Below are positions 1 through 13,839 of a DNA stretch of 64,000 bases, piece by piece; positions within the stretch are counted from its first letter, which is position 1, and each line of letters opens with the position of its first letter. The notes below the pieces were generated by a model. The model worked only from the letters and a program-made list of their open reading frames with translations, was not told the DNA's origin and made no database searches. This stretch comes from Daphnia carinata (Eukaryota): contig NC_081334.1 in the NCBI RefSeq assembly GCF_022539665.2, positions 992,001-1,056,000 of the forward strand, given 5' to 3'. A program made the translations under genes and the position numbers.

Positions 1-3000
1 AATCTCGAACGGGACAGCCGAAATAAAAATAGGCACCACAAGCCCAATGTGGCGTATTCAAATTTTTCAATCGTTCGAAGGGCAGATTAGAGAATAAGAA
101 CGGCACTCACGCAGAATAATTCAAACACGGGGAAAAGAGCTGAATGGCGATCAAAGATTCCTGCCCCCGAGAATCCAGCATTTCCTGCCCGTTTTTGTTC
201 GTCAACTACGAAACTTTGCCTAAATCGTGTGGAATTCTGACGATCGAATCGAAAGCCACTGTGATCATGGCTCCGAACAGATGACCAAATCGGCCGAAAC
301 GGTTGACCAATCGCAATCGCGCGCAATAGGCGAAATCGTGAAAAAATGTGGGGCGAACGATTCGGTGCGAACTGGCGGACTTGATTGATTTACAACGTTC
401 ATCGTGTTGAACAGGTGGCACTAAAACGAAGCGACCAGTAAATTCGCCACATTTCCCAATTCGTACTGTGCTGTCAGACACTGTTGAACGTAAAAGAACG
501 AATGAACCACTGGGTGTAGGTATACGATATCATCAAAATAACACGTCACATTTCTATGGCAGGGAGAACTTTCACTGAAACCGACGGATCAAATCTCGTT
601 CGTTGACACAACTAGATGAATCGAAAACTAAGCGAAATTGTATAACTCATTCGTAGTGAAAATTGCGAGGTCACAAATGCGCAGTAGCTCGTTGTGTTTG
701 GACTGGCAGTCGCCAACCGACTGAATCAACTAGAGTGAAGCCATGCCATCTACCTTCCTCGTGCTTATGCCACCTCCCCTCTCTCGCCCTACCTCCTCCA
801 ATTTTGATTTTCTTTCTTTAGCAAAGTCTCTGACTCGTGAGTTGAGGCTACCGATTTTTAACTTTATGCTTCGCTTAAATTTAACACGACTCGTTTTTTT
901 GTTTCCCAAAGTTTACCTATGCCACCTTTGTTGTGCAATTTCGAAAACAATCATTCGTAGAATCGTAATTATAAAGACGTTTCTTGGCTGCGGAAAGATT
1001 GAAGATTCGTGCACAATGAATTGTTTGAACGCGTTGATATGCCTTACGAAATTAAAGCGTTCGGTCAGTATTTTTCGAAGAAAAGGTGGAGGCGTTTGCA
1101 TGTATAAGAAACTTTGGCACGATTTTCTGTATATCAGAAGAGCAGTTGGCTTCGATAAAGAAAGTTTCGTGTTCACGTCTTTTTGATAAGCCCACAAACC
1201 TGTTTTGGGGACAAATACGTTAGCTACTTTTGGAACGGTGATTGTACCGGTATCTTAAAATACTTTAAGGAAAGAGGCGAAAAATTCTAAAGAAATGCAT
1301 GTGGCATTTTTCTGTCCTATAGCACTATTTACGAATGTCTTTGTTTGGTCAAACAAAACCTGAAACAAGAAGACGAGGGGAAATGAAAAGACCCGGGAAA
1401 AGCCACACCAAAGGTCGTCATATGCTTGAAATAGAAAAAAAAAAACAATCGGAACGTAATATACAAATGTTTGAGCATCGAGCAGTTTGCCTTGCATGCT
1501 TACCTCTAGGAAGAAGGATCGGATTTAAACTGAAACAAGAGCTTGTCGACAATGACCATGTGGCTGGACAAAAGGCAAAAGAGCTGCGGCCATAAGACAA
1601 GTTGTATTCCATCCGAAATCTTTCGGCTCGTCGTCATCTAATGGCCTCGAGTCAGCACACCAAATACGAGAATGAAAGCCGTTGTATTATAATACCGTAT
1701 TGGCGATGTAGGGAAAAAATTGCGTCTACGAAGAATGTGGTATGCAACAAATTCAGACAAGCGATGAAAAGCGCTTGACAAACGATCAAATAGCAAAGAA
1801 GAAATTTTGAAAATATATGGATACATATATTTTTAACATGAAGAGCAAAAACTGTTTTCTTTATATAGATGAAGTGACCCGATTAACGTTGCATAATACG
1901 AGCACAAAAACACACGTCTTGCATCTACACGACACAGGGCGCATACATATCCAATACATCCATAATGCATGTAATTATACGCACCATAAAAAGATTGGGC
2001 TTCGGTCGATATTTGGATACTCATACAGCGATTAATGGCCGTCTCTTTCACAACCCCTCCTATCCCCCCTAAAAAAAAATATTGATTTTTCAACATAGCT
2101 GATTGTCTATTTCTTCTTTGGGTCTGTGTCTATCTTGTCTCTTTGGTTCGCCAAAATTTATGCGCCCATACACAACTGACGCGATAATCAGACGTGAACA
2201 AAGGGCTGGTTTTTTACTGTTATCAAGAAGGCTCGGCCAACAGAGCCCCGCAAAGCCCAGCAATTGCCTTTTACATGCCCATATGTAAAACATAATAGAA
2301 TGGGACACAGTTATTGTGGCTGATGCAAATATACCGTACGAAAGGCGGATAAAACTATCACGGCCATTTGGGCCACATCTCACCGTCCGGTTGTCGTATT
2401 TTCTCAAGCTCTTATTTTGTTAAAAAATAAGGGAAACGGATGAAGGAGCTTCGTTTGATTTACACAAATTCGTCTACGTAGGTGTTGATGCGGAATAGCC
2501 GCATGCCGACTATTCTTTCGATTCTGCCTGTCGGTAAACTGCGTAGCTATTTAGGGAACTGACACGAGTTATGTCATCTTCGCTAAGCGGGCTTATTTGT
2601 AAACATGAACACTCGCCACCCCAAAAAGAAAAGCACTGCCAAATGAGAAAACCAAAGTAGAAGTGTTTTTTCCTTCATTTAAGAAAAGGAAGAAGAAAGG
2701 TAACTCTATCAGCTAATGCAATCTACGGGTGTATCGTCATTTACAAAAATATGACTCCATCTTTTTACTGAACGTCGTCGATGTCCTAAAAAAAATATAA
2801 CCTTCGATATTGGGCTAGACTTGAAATCGCCATGGGCTTGCGTTTTCTCTCAATTCTACGTCATCGACTCTGGAATGGTTTTCTCGCGCGGAAGGACAAA
2901 CGACGACCTGGAACAAGTGGCTCGTTTGCACGATGCCACGGGCGGTAAATGAAACTCTATCCGACCCGAGATCGATTTCGTCAAAGAAAAATCGTGTTGT

Positions 3001-5576
3001 GTACAACAACGCTAGACACAAAAACTTTTGGGTTTGTGTTTGTTTCTTTCACGAACAAGTGTTTGGTTTTGTTTGGAACAGGAGGAATTTTTCGCCAGCG
3101 AAGAACAATGGATAGAACCCGTTTGCGCTCTTCAATAAAATCATGAAAAATCACAAGAGCCGAACCGCAGTAACCTGTTCTATCCAATGATCGACATTTC
3201 ATGACAATCGAACGCAACTTTGTATGTTTTAAAAACAAAACAACGACACAAAATATCCATCTTCGGGACCCTGGATTCATTAGACAGTCGCCTGCCAGCA
3301 TGAAAGCCAAATTCTTTTAATGGCGCATGTGACGAGTTTTCCCTCAATGCCAGAAGCTATTCAATACTTCATGTCAATACTTGTGCATGACATTCCGTGA
3401 CTAATTTTGTTTTGTTTTCGTTTTTGTTTTGTTATTTTCTCAATAAAAATTCTATGCGGTTGCTTTAATATGCCAATGAAGTGGGGCCAAGTGTGTGTGT
3501 GTCATGAAACGCGTTTTACACGACGATTTAAAACAAAAACAAGTTGTGTTTTTGAATCCAGCCAATTTTTTCTTGGCATTTGAAATAGAGCAGATATAGA
3601 GGGGCAATGTAAATGTAAATTTCGTTTTAGCCTCCTCCACATTTAGGCGACTGATCAACTCGTAAACGGTGTGATTCGCTTTTTGTTAAGTGCGTGGTAT
3701 ACGAGAGTTTTACCTCGCCATTTTCTCGTCCGACATTCAAGTGGTCATTTACAACGTTTGATTGCCCTATACCGTGTCTCAAGTAGGTCAATGTGTGCAG
3801 CCCAGGAGAAATCGGGAGATGAACCGTGAATGCCTTCCAGGCAGAATCAACCACGTACCAGCTTAAACTCTTTTATATAGTTAGGCAGTGTTGTTCATGT
3901 TGTTCATATTGCAATACACAAACTCTCGTTTCCATCAAGAGGGAGGCATTCATTGTCAAACGTGAGCGGCCAATTAGAATATTGTTCAAACCTTTAACTA
4001 TTGCGTTTTTTCTAACTACATCGAAATGGCCGCGCCTTTACACGATTAAATTTGGTTTTATATTTAGATTGTTTTCTATCGTTTTTTTTCTTTCCCAACA
4101 AATGGCGGATTATATGCGCTATGGTTGTTATGGTCCCGTCTGATGATCACATGAATTCAAATCGCGTCTTCATGGGAATTTAATCACGTAATGTAGCCGG
4201 GATTCTATTGCACACAAGTTGATGGCTGATCACGTGACACATACCCAGCACTAGAAGAAGAAGAAAAAATAGGGGGAGACAACGGGGGATTGCATCTACA
4301 TCCATCTACATTTTTTACAGTGTGTGGTTGCCCATTCGCGTGTATATGTCTGTCTTAAGTGCCGAACGCTGTTCCAGATTTGCAGTGGCGCAGAGATGTG
4401 CGGACAAACGGGAGTGTTGATGCGCCAAGATCCGCCGCTTGTAACACAGTCGTTCGCGTGTGTAACTATGCCGTACTACTCTACGCGTCCCATTCGACAT
4501 TATATAAATATATATTATAGACGTGTCTTCTTCTGGCAATGGGTAACTGGCGCTGCTGCTTGATAGGGGGGCTGTGCTTGACGCGTCTGTAATCCACGGT
4601 TAATAGGGTGGAATGGATGGGTGATGATGAACGAGTAAAAGCCATAAAAACTGAGTCTATCTCTCGTGTCGTCTCGGTCTGCATGTCTCTTCACTCTGCA
4701 AAGTCTAGTGGTCGTTTCAGCCTGGGCGTGGCATTCTATCTTGCCTTTTTTTTTGGCCCCCCCATTCTTCTCTCGTTTGCCTATTTCTCTTGCGTCTTAT
4801 TTTCTATTCGTCTTGTTAAATATACTGTAAACTTTCACATGTCTAGTTGAGTACGAAGAGATGCGTGTTGTCAACGTTGTCTCGAAAAAAACCAAAATAA
4901 ATAAAATGGTACCAGACTGTGGGACTTGTTATAGAGCTAGCCTATTTGAATGCAGCCAACTTCTCCTATCAAAGAATGATATCTTTTCAGTTTATTCGCT
5001 ACTGTTTAGACCGTCGCAAGGACACTGTAAAAAGAATTTCCCATTTACAGATTGAGTTCTAGATTGTTTTATCGTGCTTCATGTTTCAGATGTCTGGAAC
5101 AGTGAAATGCAACCAAGGACCCCGCTCGATATTGAGTAACTTGACGATTGCAACCTTTTTTGAGGACAACCTGAATTAATCAACGATTTTAAGATGTTTG
5201 GTTTTTAATTGGTCATATGAAACATTTGTAAGATTGCATTTCGTTTGAATTTATAGAAAATGTATGATTCTTCTAGTTGTAGGCAAGGGGTCCTATGGTT
5301 TTATATGGCTCCTGTGGGCTCTGATTTATTACATCAAAAGCCATCTATCGGCGCATAGCCACCAAGCTTTTCAACATTGCGAATAGATGGCGTGTGCTGT
5401 ACAAAAATCTTGAATAAATGTAGACAAGCAGTATGGGCAACCCGATTCGGTGCTGGGATAGCGGTGCACTGTGCCACCCCGAATTCAAAAAAAGGTAATC
5501 CTTCAGGGACTATTTTGAATACTTGCAGTGTGGACGAGCACAGAGAGACCATTTGAATATTCATGAGCTCGTCGAA

Positions 5577-5668
5577 TGCTGTTTTTCACATTCTCATTTT
5601 TTAGTCTCATGAGATTTGATTGTGCTGTTTTTCACATTCTCATTTTTAATTCTCATGAGATTTGATTT
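5577..5668. repeat. 46-bp tandem duplication (2 copies)
   Basis: TGCTGTTTTTCACATTCTCATTTTT..TCTCATGAGATTTGATT starts at 5577 and again at 5623. Confidence 0.9.
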
Positions 5669-8600
5669 GCATTGTTTCCTTACTCATCACAAATGTTTTC
5701 TTACAACAACATTTCGAATCTTTCAATTTTTTTATTTAAATTTCTTTTTCAGTCGACATGCAAACAAATAAAAATCGATTTACAGCACATTGTTTAATCT
5801 GGCCATCCCAGAAACCATGAAAACCTCTATAGAAGCTCACGTTTTTCTTTAATACCAATCCAATATCCCCCTCCCCCAAAAAATAATATGATACTAGAAG
5901 CCTCCATTTTTTGTAATTCACGTGAGTCACGTGAATCCACAACCCGTAGGGAATTGTCACCAATCGTGGCGACGCGCAATTGCTTTCTTTGTTTTTCCCC
6001 GAGCATTTCCAATTGATTTGCACGTTCCTTTTCTTGTCTCGACGTAATCGCACATCCACTATGTTCTAGAATTGAGCGAGAAAAATAGCAAATGCAATAA
6101 CAACGCTCGAGTCTTTCTGATGAGAGTTCACCTATCTACACATATTCCCCGGTGGATCAACGGGCTGCGAACTTCTATTTTTCAGTATCATCACCATTCT
6201 TTTCTTTCGTCTCGTGTCCGTTGAAAGACGGCCGCAATTCACGCCTTCATCTCTTATCCACTTAAAGCTTGGCGATGCGATTGGCCAGCAAAATATTCTG
6301 AATAAACGTGCTACCCAAATGCTTCTGATAAGTCCTTCTGTTTTCTCTCATTAGATGACGAAAAATGGATCGGAGATTCTATTTCAGAAGATCACGACTC
6401 TCGCCGTCCTTCAACGTTTTTCGTTGACAGATGTACGGGTATTGATAACAACCCCAAGGGTGTTCAGCGTGAGCTCCTCTCTAACGCGTTATTTGTAAAC
6501 ATATACCCAGCCGGCTAATATCAGCAGGAGCTCGTAGAGCATATGATTGATCCCATTCGTGAAGACCATTAATCACCAGTTTTCTCTTTTCTTTTTTTTT
6601 CTGATGTGTCACTGTCGAAACATTAGGTGCTGAATGCTTGGAGATCAGCAACTGCTCCGGCATTCCACTAATTCCCGTGTCTCTCGGTTTTGATGTCATC
6701 ACCACCGTTTTAGGTAAAATCTATATATTTCTTCACGTCGTCAGTCGTTTAAACGTTCAACGCTACTACATTAAGTATTCCCAGATTTCTATTCGGCTTT
6801 TGCTCTCATTTGAATAACTGTGGTCTCGGGACTGCTAAAACTAGCCTCGTTTAATTTTGTGAGTATGTTGCGTGAAACTCGTTTTGAAAGGACGATCCAT
6901 ATATTCTGTCACCGCAATGATGAGTGCTTGATGGAACTGTTTATACAGGATCTGTTAGAATATCTATTAGAAGAGAAGAGCAATCTTTCTAGCAGGTTAT
7001 TTGATTCATCTATTAAAATTTTCAAGCGTTGAATGAAGGATATCGAGTTGAGAGAACCCATCTTCTTTCCGTTTATTAAGCGATGATTGTTCGAGTATTC
7101 ACCAAAATGCTGATAGTCTATGCTAACCCTCTCGATACAGTTGCATCGTTAAAACAAAAGACGAATGCGCAGTGAAAACATGGCTGACGACTTGTCTTCT
7201 GTTTTTTTACGACCGATGAACTTTTCCAAAATTTAAAGAACGGCGGTTTGCCTCTTTATAGCAGCGCGCTGCTATGCAAAAAGGGTTCACTCTTCTATGA
7301 ATTATACATACACGACTTGGCCTCCCGACAATCGTTCGGCAGCCATTAAACTTTTGCGACCAGGATATTCAAGAAGTTTCAATAATTTGTTAAAGATGGG
7401 AGGCGTCTTGCACGAACACAACCTCAATTACGAAATCCTCCAAGGCCATCACATTTATTTGGTATGCAGCTTTAAGTTTGATTTATATGGCTCACCACAA
7501 AGCTTGGTTAACTTTAGGAGCTATAGGATAGCGTTAATAACTTAAATGTGTCATCTCTAAAGACGCAGTTGAAAGAAAACAGAAAATTCGATAATGCAAC
7601 ACTCAATTACTAGGCCACTCTTTGCAAGGTTGATGACGTCGCTTTGAATGAATTTCATTTACATAAAAAACGTGTCATTAAGAACGATGGCTGCACCAGA
7701 TGGAAACAAACTTTGCATTCGAGCGATTTGGAATACCAGCGAGGGTTTCGTATAGAAATGGTAAGTTCAGAGTGGAGCACATGTGCATGCTAATGAAGTT
7801 AAACCGTTTTGCCTGATTATACTTATAGCCATATTTTTTTTTTTAGAACTCTTGAGTAGATGATAACGATCTAGGCTATACTATTCGGGAAGGTATTTTT
7901 CGTTTTTGTTTACCATAAAAAAAGATGGGGGTTCCGCCATTGTGCACGTTTAAGCCGCAATCAGTGCGAGGCGATGTGCATAACCAACACCAATTCGCAG
8001 GCCGAGATAAGAAGCTCAGCATTAAGGAAGGCAGCCAATACTTAAACAAGTTAAATAGTCTACTCCCCAATGAAAAGAATGGGATTTAAAACCTGTTAAA
8101 AAAATGTTTAATGATCAAAGAACACTAAAGTCACATCCCACGGTTTTTTTCGAAAGTAGAAGCTTAGCAATTTTCGAACTCTTTCATCTATTTTTTTTTC
8201 TAGAATCGTAAAAACAACAACTAAATCTGTAACACGGTAACCTGCACGCAAAGAATAAGCTCGTTTTGTAACATGCCGGTGCTACTTCACAGCATATGCA
8301 AATCTGCACGGGAAGTCAAACGAAACTTGCGGGACTTATTAAAAGCCAATAAACGCAGCGAAAAAAAAAGGACCAAAACGCTTGCCTTTTTAAGTACGCT
8401 ATTATGAAGCAGTAGCTTCGTGTATTTAATGTTAGGTAAGGACCATGTAAAGCCACAACCGATAATCGCAGTGAATTGAAACTCACGTTAATAGCCGTGA
8501 TACATCAAACGTGACAGGACAACGGTATATCTACCTACTCGTTTCTGGTTATGTGATTGCACACGTTGAATGCACTCAATGGGGTATCACCTTTTTCTTG

Positions 8601-11600
8601 TTCAATAAGAAGTATGGCAGCTCATTTCCGTTCATGGACACAGATAAGGTAGCACAACAAGCAAACTTTTTTTTTCCTCCCCACCAGAACAAATTAATAA
8701 GGAGAATGAACAGTGTTCAACTAAATAATGGCCAAGGACAAGTTTCGTATAAATTGTCTTTTGTTTAGCGAGACAACACGTATATTATAAAGTCTGCTTG
8801 GCTTTTCAAAAGAAGCTCAACCCCCCCCCCCCCCCCCCCAAAAAAAAAAAAAAAAAAAAAAGTAACAAGTCTTTCGAAAAGATTTGTAATGGCACTTCAG
8901 ATGAGAAAAAGGCGATAAAAGTAACAGCAGGACATCGTTGAAACGTTACGATGTAAAGTAGAATTTGTTTTTCTCTCGCAGTTTTGTGCACCATCATCAT
9001 AGTCTTTTGTATACATTCTTGTATCTGTCTTACTCTGGCATAGTCTTTTAATTATTCATTCCCACTGCGGTGCCAGTTTACGTAGCGTACTTTATTTGAT
9101 TCCGTTTAAATTTATTGGACTTGTTCAAATGGAATCCTTCTTTAACTGAGACACAATTATTCTTGGGATATCTGGAGACAAGCAAACGTTGTGTAGCCTA
9201 CTTTCCTCTTTTCAAAGCCCCTCTTGGCTATGTAGAAAATGATCTTGTGAAATCCACTTTGAATTGCGTCATTCTCTTTTTTTTTTCTTCATTTCCCTCT
9301 ATATTTCACAGCATGTTGCTTGTACTTTCATGCCCCAATTAGGATCTTCTTTCGCCAAAGAAGGACCCAGAACGAGAAAGTGGTATACCTTGAAGAAGTG
9401 ATTTCATTTGTAGATTCGTCTCGGATAGCAATTACATTCCTCCTACGGCCCCCAATAAATCTTTGCCACCAAGGAAAACTAGTCCAAAAACACGTTAGCT
9501 ACTTTTAATTAATATCCGTTACGTACATATGCAAAAATGTTCAGGGCAAACTGCAAGGATAAAACCGACAGGGTAAAGGGTTCTTCAAGGAAACCTATAA
9601 TGATGATGAAATAAAATCTACCAACTTTCACATCAAATACATTAATGGCCACATCTGATGGCCAGTGGGCATTAAACAAAAGAGCGCACGTATTTTAATG
9701 TCTCATCACACACGTCCGCCCATTTCGCCTGGATTATCGCACCATATGTAGTCAGTAAATGGCGCCACGCGATATGCATATTGGGTTTTAGTTTCAATTG
9801 AGTCGTTTCCTTTTTTTTTTCGTTTTAATTGCTAATTTATCTTATACCTTTCACCGCATGTAGTGTAGCTATACAGTGAGAGCCAATCTAGTGGAAGGAT
9901 TTGAAAAATGGAATTGGTTTGGAAAGCTGGAGGTAGTGTGAACGCGGACGTCACAGCCTGATGCCCTCCCATTCGTATAGTTTTATTGTTTTATAACCAA
10001 GACTTTGTTATTCCATTTTTTTTTGTAATCATTTCGCTAAACATTTACGAAGCCGCTTCTATTGCTGATATCTGTACGTACACCAGGCTATGTTTGACTC
10101 AGACGTGTAAATATAAGCCCGCAGTTAAAGGGAATTGGGATGTTATTTGTCTAACTCACACACTCATCTATCGTATATGAGACTTGACACCTCCGGTATA
10201 AGGCCGCTAGTCACTTGTAGGAGATCCAGCGCACCATAATGCCGTTCGCATTAAAACTGAAGGACGTGCGTGTTCGGCATAACGCAAACAAGATTCATCA
10301 GGTTTTTTTTTCTATGATCGACGATGGGAAAGGTGGTATCGTTGTGACGTCAAGTGATTAATCACGACTGTCTTTTTTATATGAAAAAAGCAGCACATGA
10401 TTGTTTACGTCATAAAAAGAAAAAAAGACGGATGACTTGCGACGTGAAGCACGTCAGAAGAATGTCGTTGATAAAACACGGCATTCTCTTCTTCTCGTTT
10501 GGCTTCATGTTGGCAATATTGAAAACATTTCGAAAATTGAAAAATGATTGTATATATATAGTTGTGCAAAGAAAAAATTGAGAAGAAGGGCTCATTGAAG
10601 AGCGCAAGTGATCCATGACCTATCTTTCTATTACGAACAAACAGAAAATGAAACTCTGTGATCCAAATTGATGCTGAGAGAAATCAATGGCATAGAAATG
10701 AACAAGGAAGTTCGTTGTCACATTCCTTAATGGACAGAAAAATGCGCCGCACAAGAAATAAAACACTGTCGATCTTTCGTGGCTGCCAAAAAATGTTTGT
10801 TTGTTTTTCTTTTTTTTTTCCCGAGTCTGAAGGACAGCATGGATAAATATATCAAGAACTAAAATCAGAAAGCAGCCCAGCAAAAAACCAAAAAGAGAGG
10901 GGTGAATACCCGTCAACAGTTAATAGCGGCTAATGCGCGTGACACCACCCTACTCCGCCTTGTAGCCGTCCTTCGATTTGTATTCAAAAATAGGTTTGTT
11001 CCCCACACAACAGACAACAAACAGACATCTCGAGTCAGCAACACGGGCCGAACAACGACCGTCAATCACACGCCGAAAATATAAAAGACACATGTCAAGC
11101 GATAGGTTGAAAGTTTGGCCTTAGAACATTCCAGAAAACAAGGAATGCACATTTTCTTCATTAATATGCAAATATTTTTCACAGCTTATTTTTTTCGCAC
11201 CTTTTCAATCAGTATAAGTTAGATAGGTTAGTTTATATATGCCTAATGAGAAAATATAGTTTCAGGGGAGGTTGGCGGTTTTGATTTCGTTGATTGCACC
11301 GGGAACGCAATCAGCAGGGAGGAGTACACCGGAGTGTCGTCCAAACGGCGTGATCGATTGCCTGCAGAAATGCATTTGCTGTCAATGATCGATTTCCATC
11401 ATGAGATATGTACGTTCGATTGAATCAATTGCGCAAAATGGAATCAGAGAGATAACGGCGCATGTGGTTCCTCCCGGTGCCTCCCTCCCAACTGATCAAA
11501 GTCGTTGAATCATTCAGGCCAGACGAAACGTATAAAAACGCGCATACGTTTCATTATGTTGCGTATATGAAATCATCTATAGAGTACCATTTGCATTATT

Positions 11601-13839
11601 TCAAAACAGCTGTTTCCAGTTGAATGCGCGTACCGTTTTTGATGAAGCCCAGTTTGGCAATCGATAGCAATAAAGGTACACATAAGATTGTACAAAGATA
11701 TGCTGGCTATTAAATCAAGGTGCTGACGTACGTGTACGGAAGCCGACAGAAGCAAATGCCGTTTGTCTTTTATTAAACAAAGCGCACGGCAACAGACATC
11801 GATTGCAAAAAAAAAAAAAAAAAAAAAAAGGAAATGCGTATTTTTCTGTGTGTTCCAAATGTAAGTATAAGATGGTATTATTATATGTATACATACCATG
11901 CCTTTGGCTTGGCTGCAAATCGGAAATGACCCGGAAGAGTAAAACGAAGCAAAAAAAGGAAGAAACGCTACCGTATTTGTTCTGTCTTTTTTTTTTTAGG
12001 TCATCAATAGAACTGACGATAAACATCACGAACTATATCTCGTCGTCAACAACTCTGGGGGGGGGGGAGGGGGATAATAATACAAGGACCTATTGCTTGA
12101 TTAAGAGCCAAAAAAATAAGAAGGCTGTGGAACAAAAGACACAAGGGTAAATAAAAAAGACATTCAAATCGTAATAGAGATAAAGAGTGAATGGGGTGAT
12201 TGTGAAATGGCGACTCAGTCACGGGCAAACAAATCGAGACGGCGCAGTTATGAAAAGTCCCTACCGTTTGAGCAAAGAAATTCTTGGCGGGAGAGTGTCG
12301 TTATTTCGGACGATCGGGTCAATATATATAGATATATACCGGTTTCCGGCGTAGTTGGCAATCTGGAATACATAAAATATCCATTATCTACCATGCGGCA
12401 AAGGCCAAACAACGAAAAGAAAGAGGCACGGACCGGAGGGTGAGGGAGGGAGATGTCAAAGAAGTTGAAAGCACACAGTGCTAGCAACAGCCGTTTTGTG
12501 TATGTTGATGCCATTTGGCATCGGATTTCTGAAGACTTATCGTCGGGATTCCCCCACCCCGTGCAACCCATCACGATCACTGCCAGCAACGTTTTGTTTC
12601 ACTACAGGAAAACCAATGTTTCCATTTTTTTTTTTGAATTTCACCAAATCCTCGGGGTTTGAACCAAATTTTTAGAAACCAAATTGCAAGGCAGAAATGG
12701 ATTGAACAGTTCGGCCCACTATGTATATATGGCCATAGTGGGGGGAGAGTTACGTATAACTCTAGTGATGATTGCTCCAAAGGATTCAGGGTTCAACGAA
12801 CGATTGTATATAATTCGTTCTGAAAGGGGGAAATATACCGGAGGAGGAGTTTGCTTGCTCTTTTGTTTCGTGACAATTGATAGATGTGCTGTATATCCTC
12901 CGGAGAGAGGAAATAGCGAGCATCCTATTATCTCTTTATTGGAGAGGATTGTCTTCTAAAAATAGCCACTGCCTTGAAAAGGCACGTAGAAATAAAAAAG
13001 AAAGTGCGTCGAAAGAAAAAAAAACTGAGATAGAATGCGGAACAGACACATAACAAAATCGTGAAAAGTCAGTTTCGATTCACGGCGTGTTTCAAAGAAA
13101 TTGTTGTCCGTGCTCGGTTTATTAGACACGACCTTTTTCATGGCGATACCGTTTCGATGTGAATAATTCGATAATAAACGTGTGAATAAAGACATTTTTG
13201 GTGGTCGAAATCAACGACGATGATCCAATAAAAATGGGTATAATTCAATGAATAACGGATTTTTCCGTGTATGGAGATCGAACTCCATCACGAGGGAAAA
13301 GAAAATTGCCATTTCGCACAACCCGGATTTCGTGAAGATCGACACATGTTCGCGAATTTGAAACGTCCAATTCGAGAACCTGATGTTTACACATTTCTTG
13401 GACGAATGCCGCTATCAAATTAGCCGATTTTGCACATAAACAAAAGTCTTCATCATTGTCAAAACAAAAAAGAACTCTGTAGTCATCAAGAAGTAGGCTA
13501 CATAAGTCCCTTAAAAAAAACGTCTTTGTTTAACAACCGACTTTTTAAAAGCTTTCAAAACAGAAAATGAGCAGATGGCGTGGGTTGAAATGAAACGGCA
13601 CATCGAAGGCGTGTCCAACGATGCTTAATATGGGACTTAATTGGCCCCGCTTTGACCGTATCTGCATACCGCAATCTCTACATCTAAAAAGAACATAACC
13701 TTCTAACCATCCCCCAAGAACAAAAGGCCATCAAAAAATGAAATATCGAAACGCAAAATGGACCGTGTAAGTTGGCACATAACAGTCTTAGATTTTTTAA
13801 AAATATCTATGAAGTGATGAAAGGATGGAAAGTTCTGAC

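Noticed and set aside
8821..8861. C19-A21 run, and similar poly-C/G runs (e.g. 14612-14631)
   Set aside because: Homopolymers are pervasive in this window and their lengths are assembly-sensitive; no evidence of function.
743..13200. Dozens of 60-150 aa ORFs in the track
   Set aside because: Low-complexity F/K-rich translations of homopolymer tracts, many with non-ATG starts, no recognisable motifs and no consistent splice structure.
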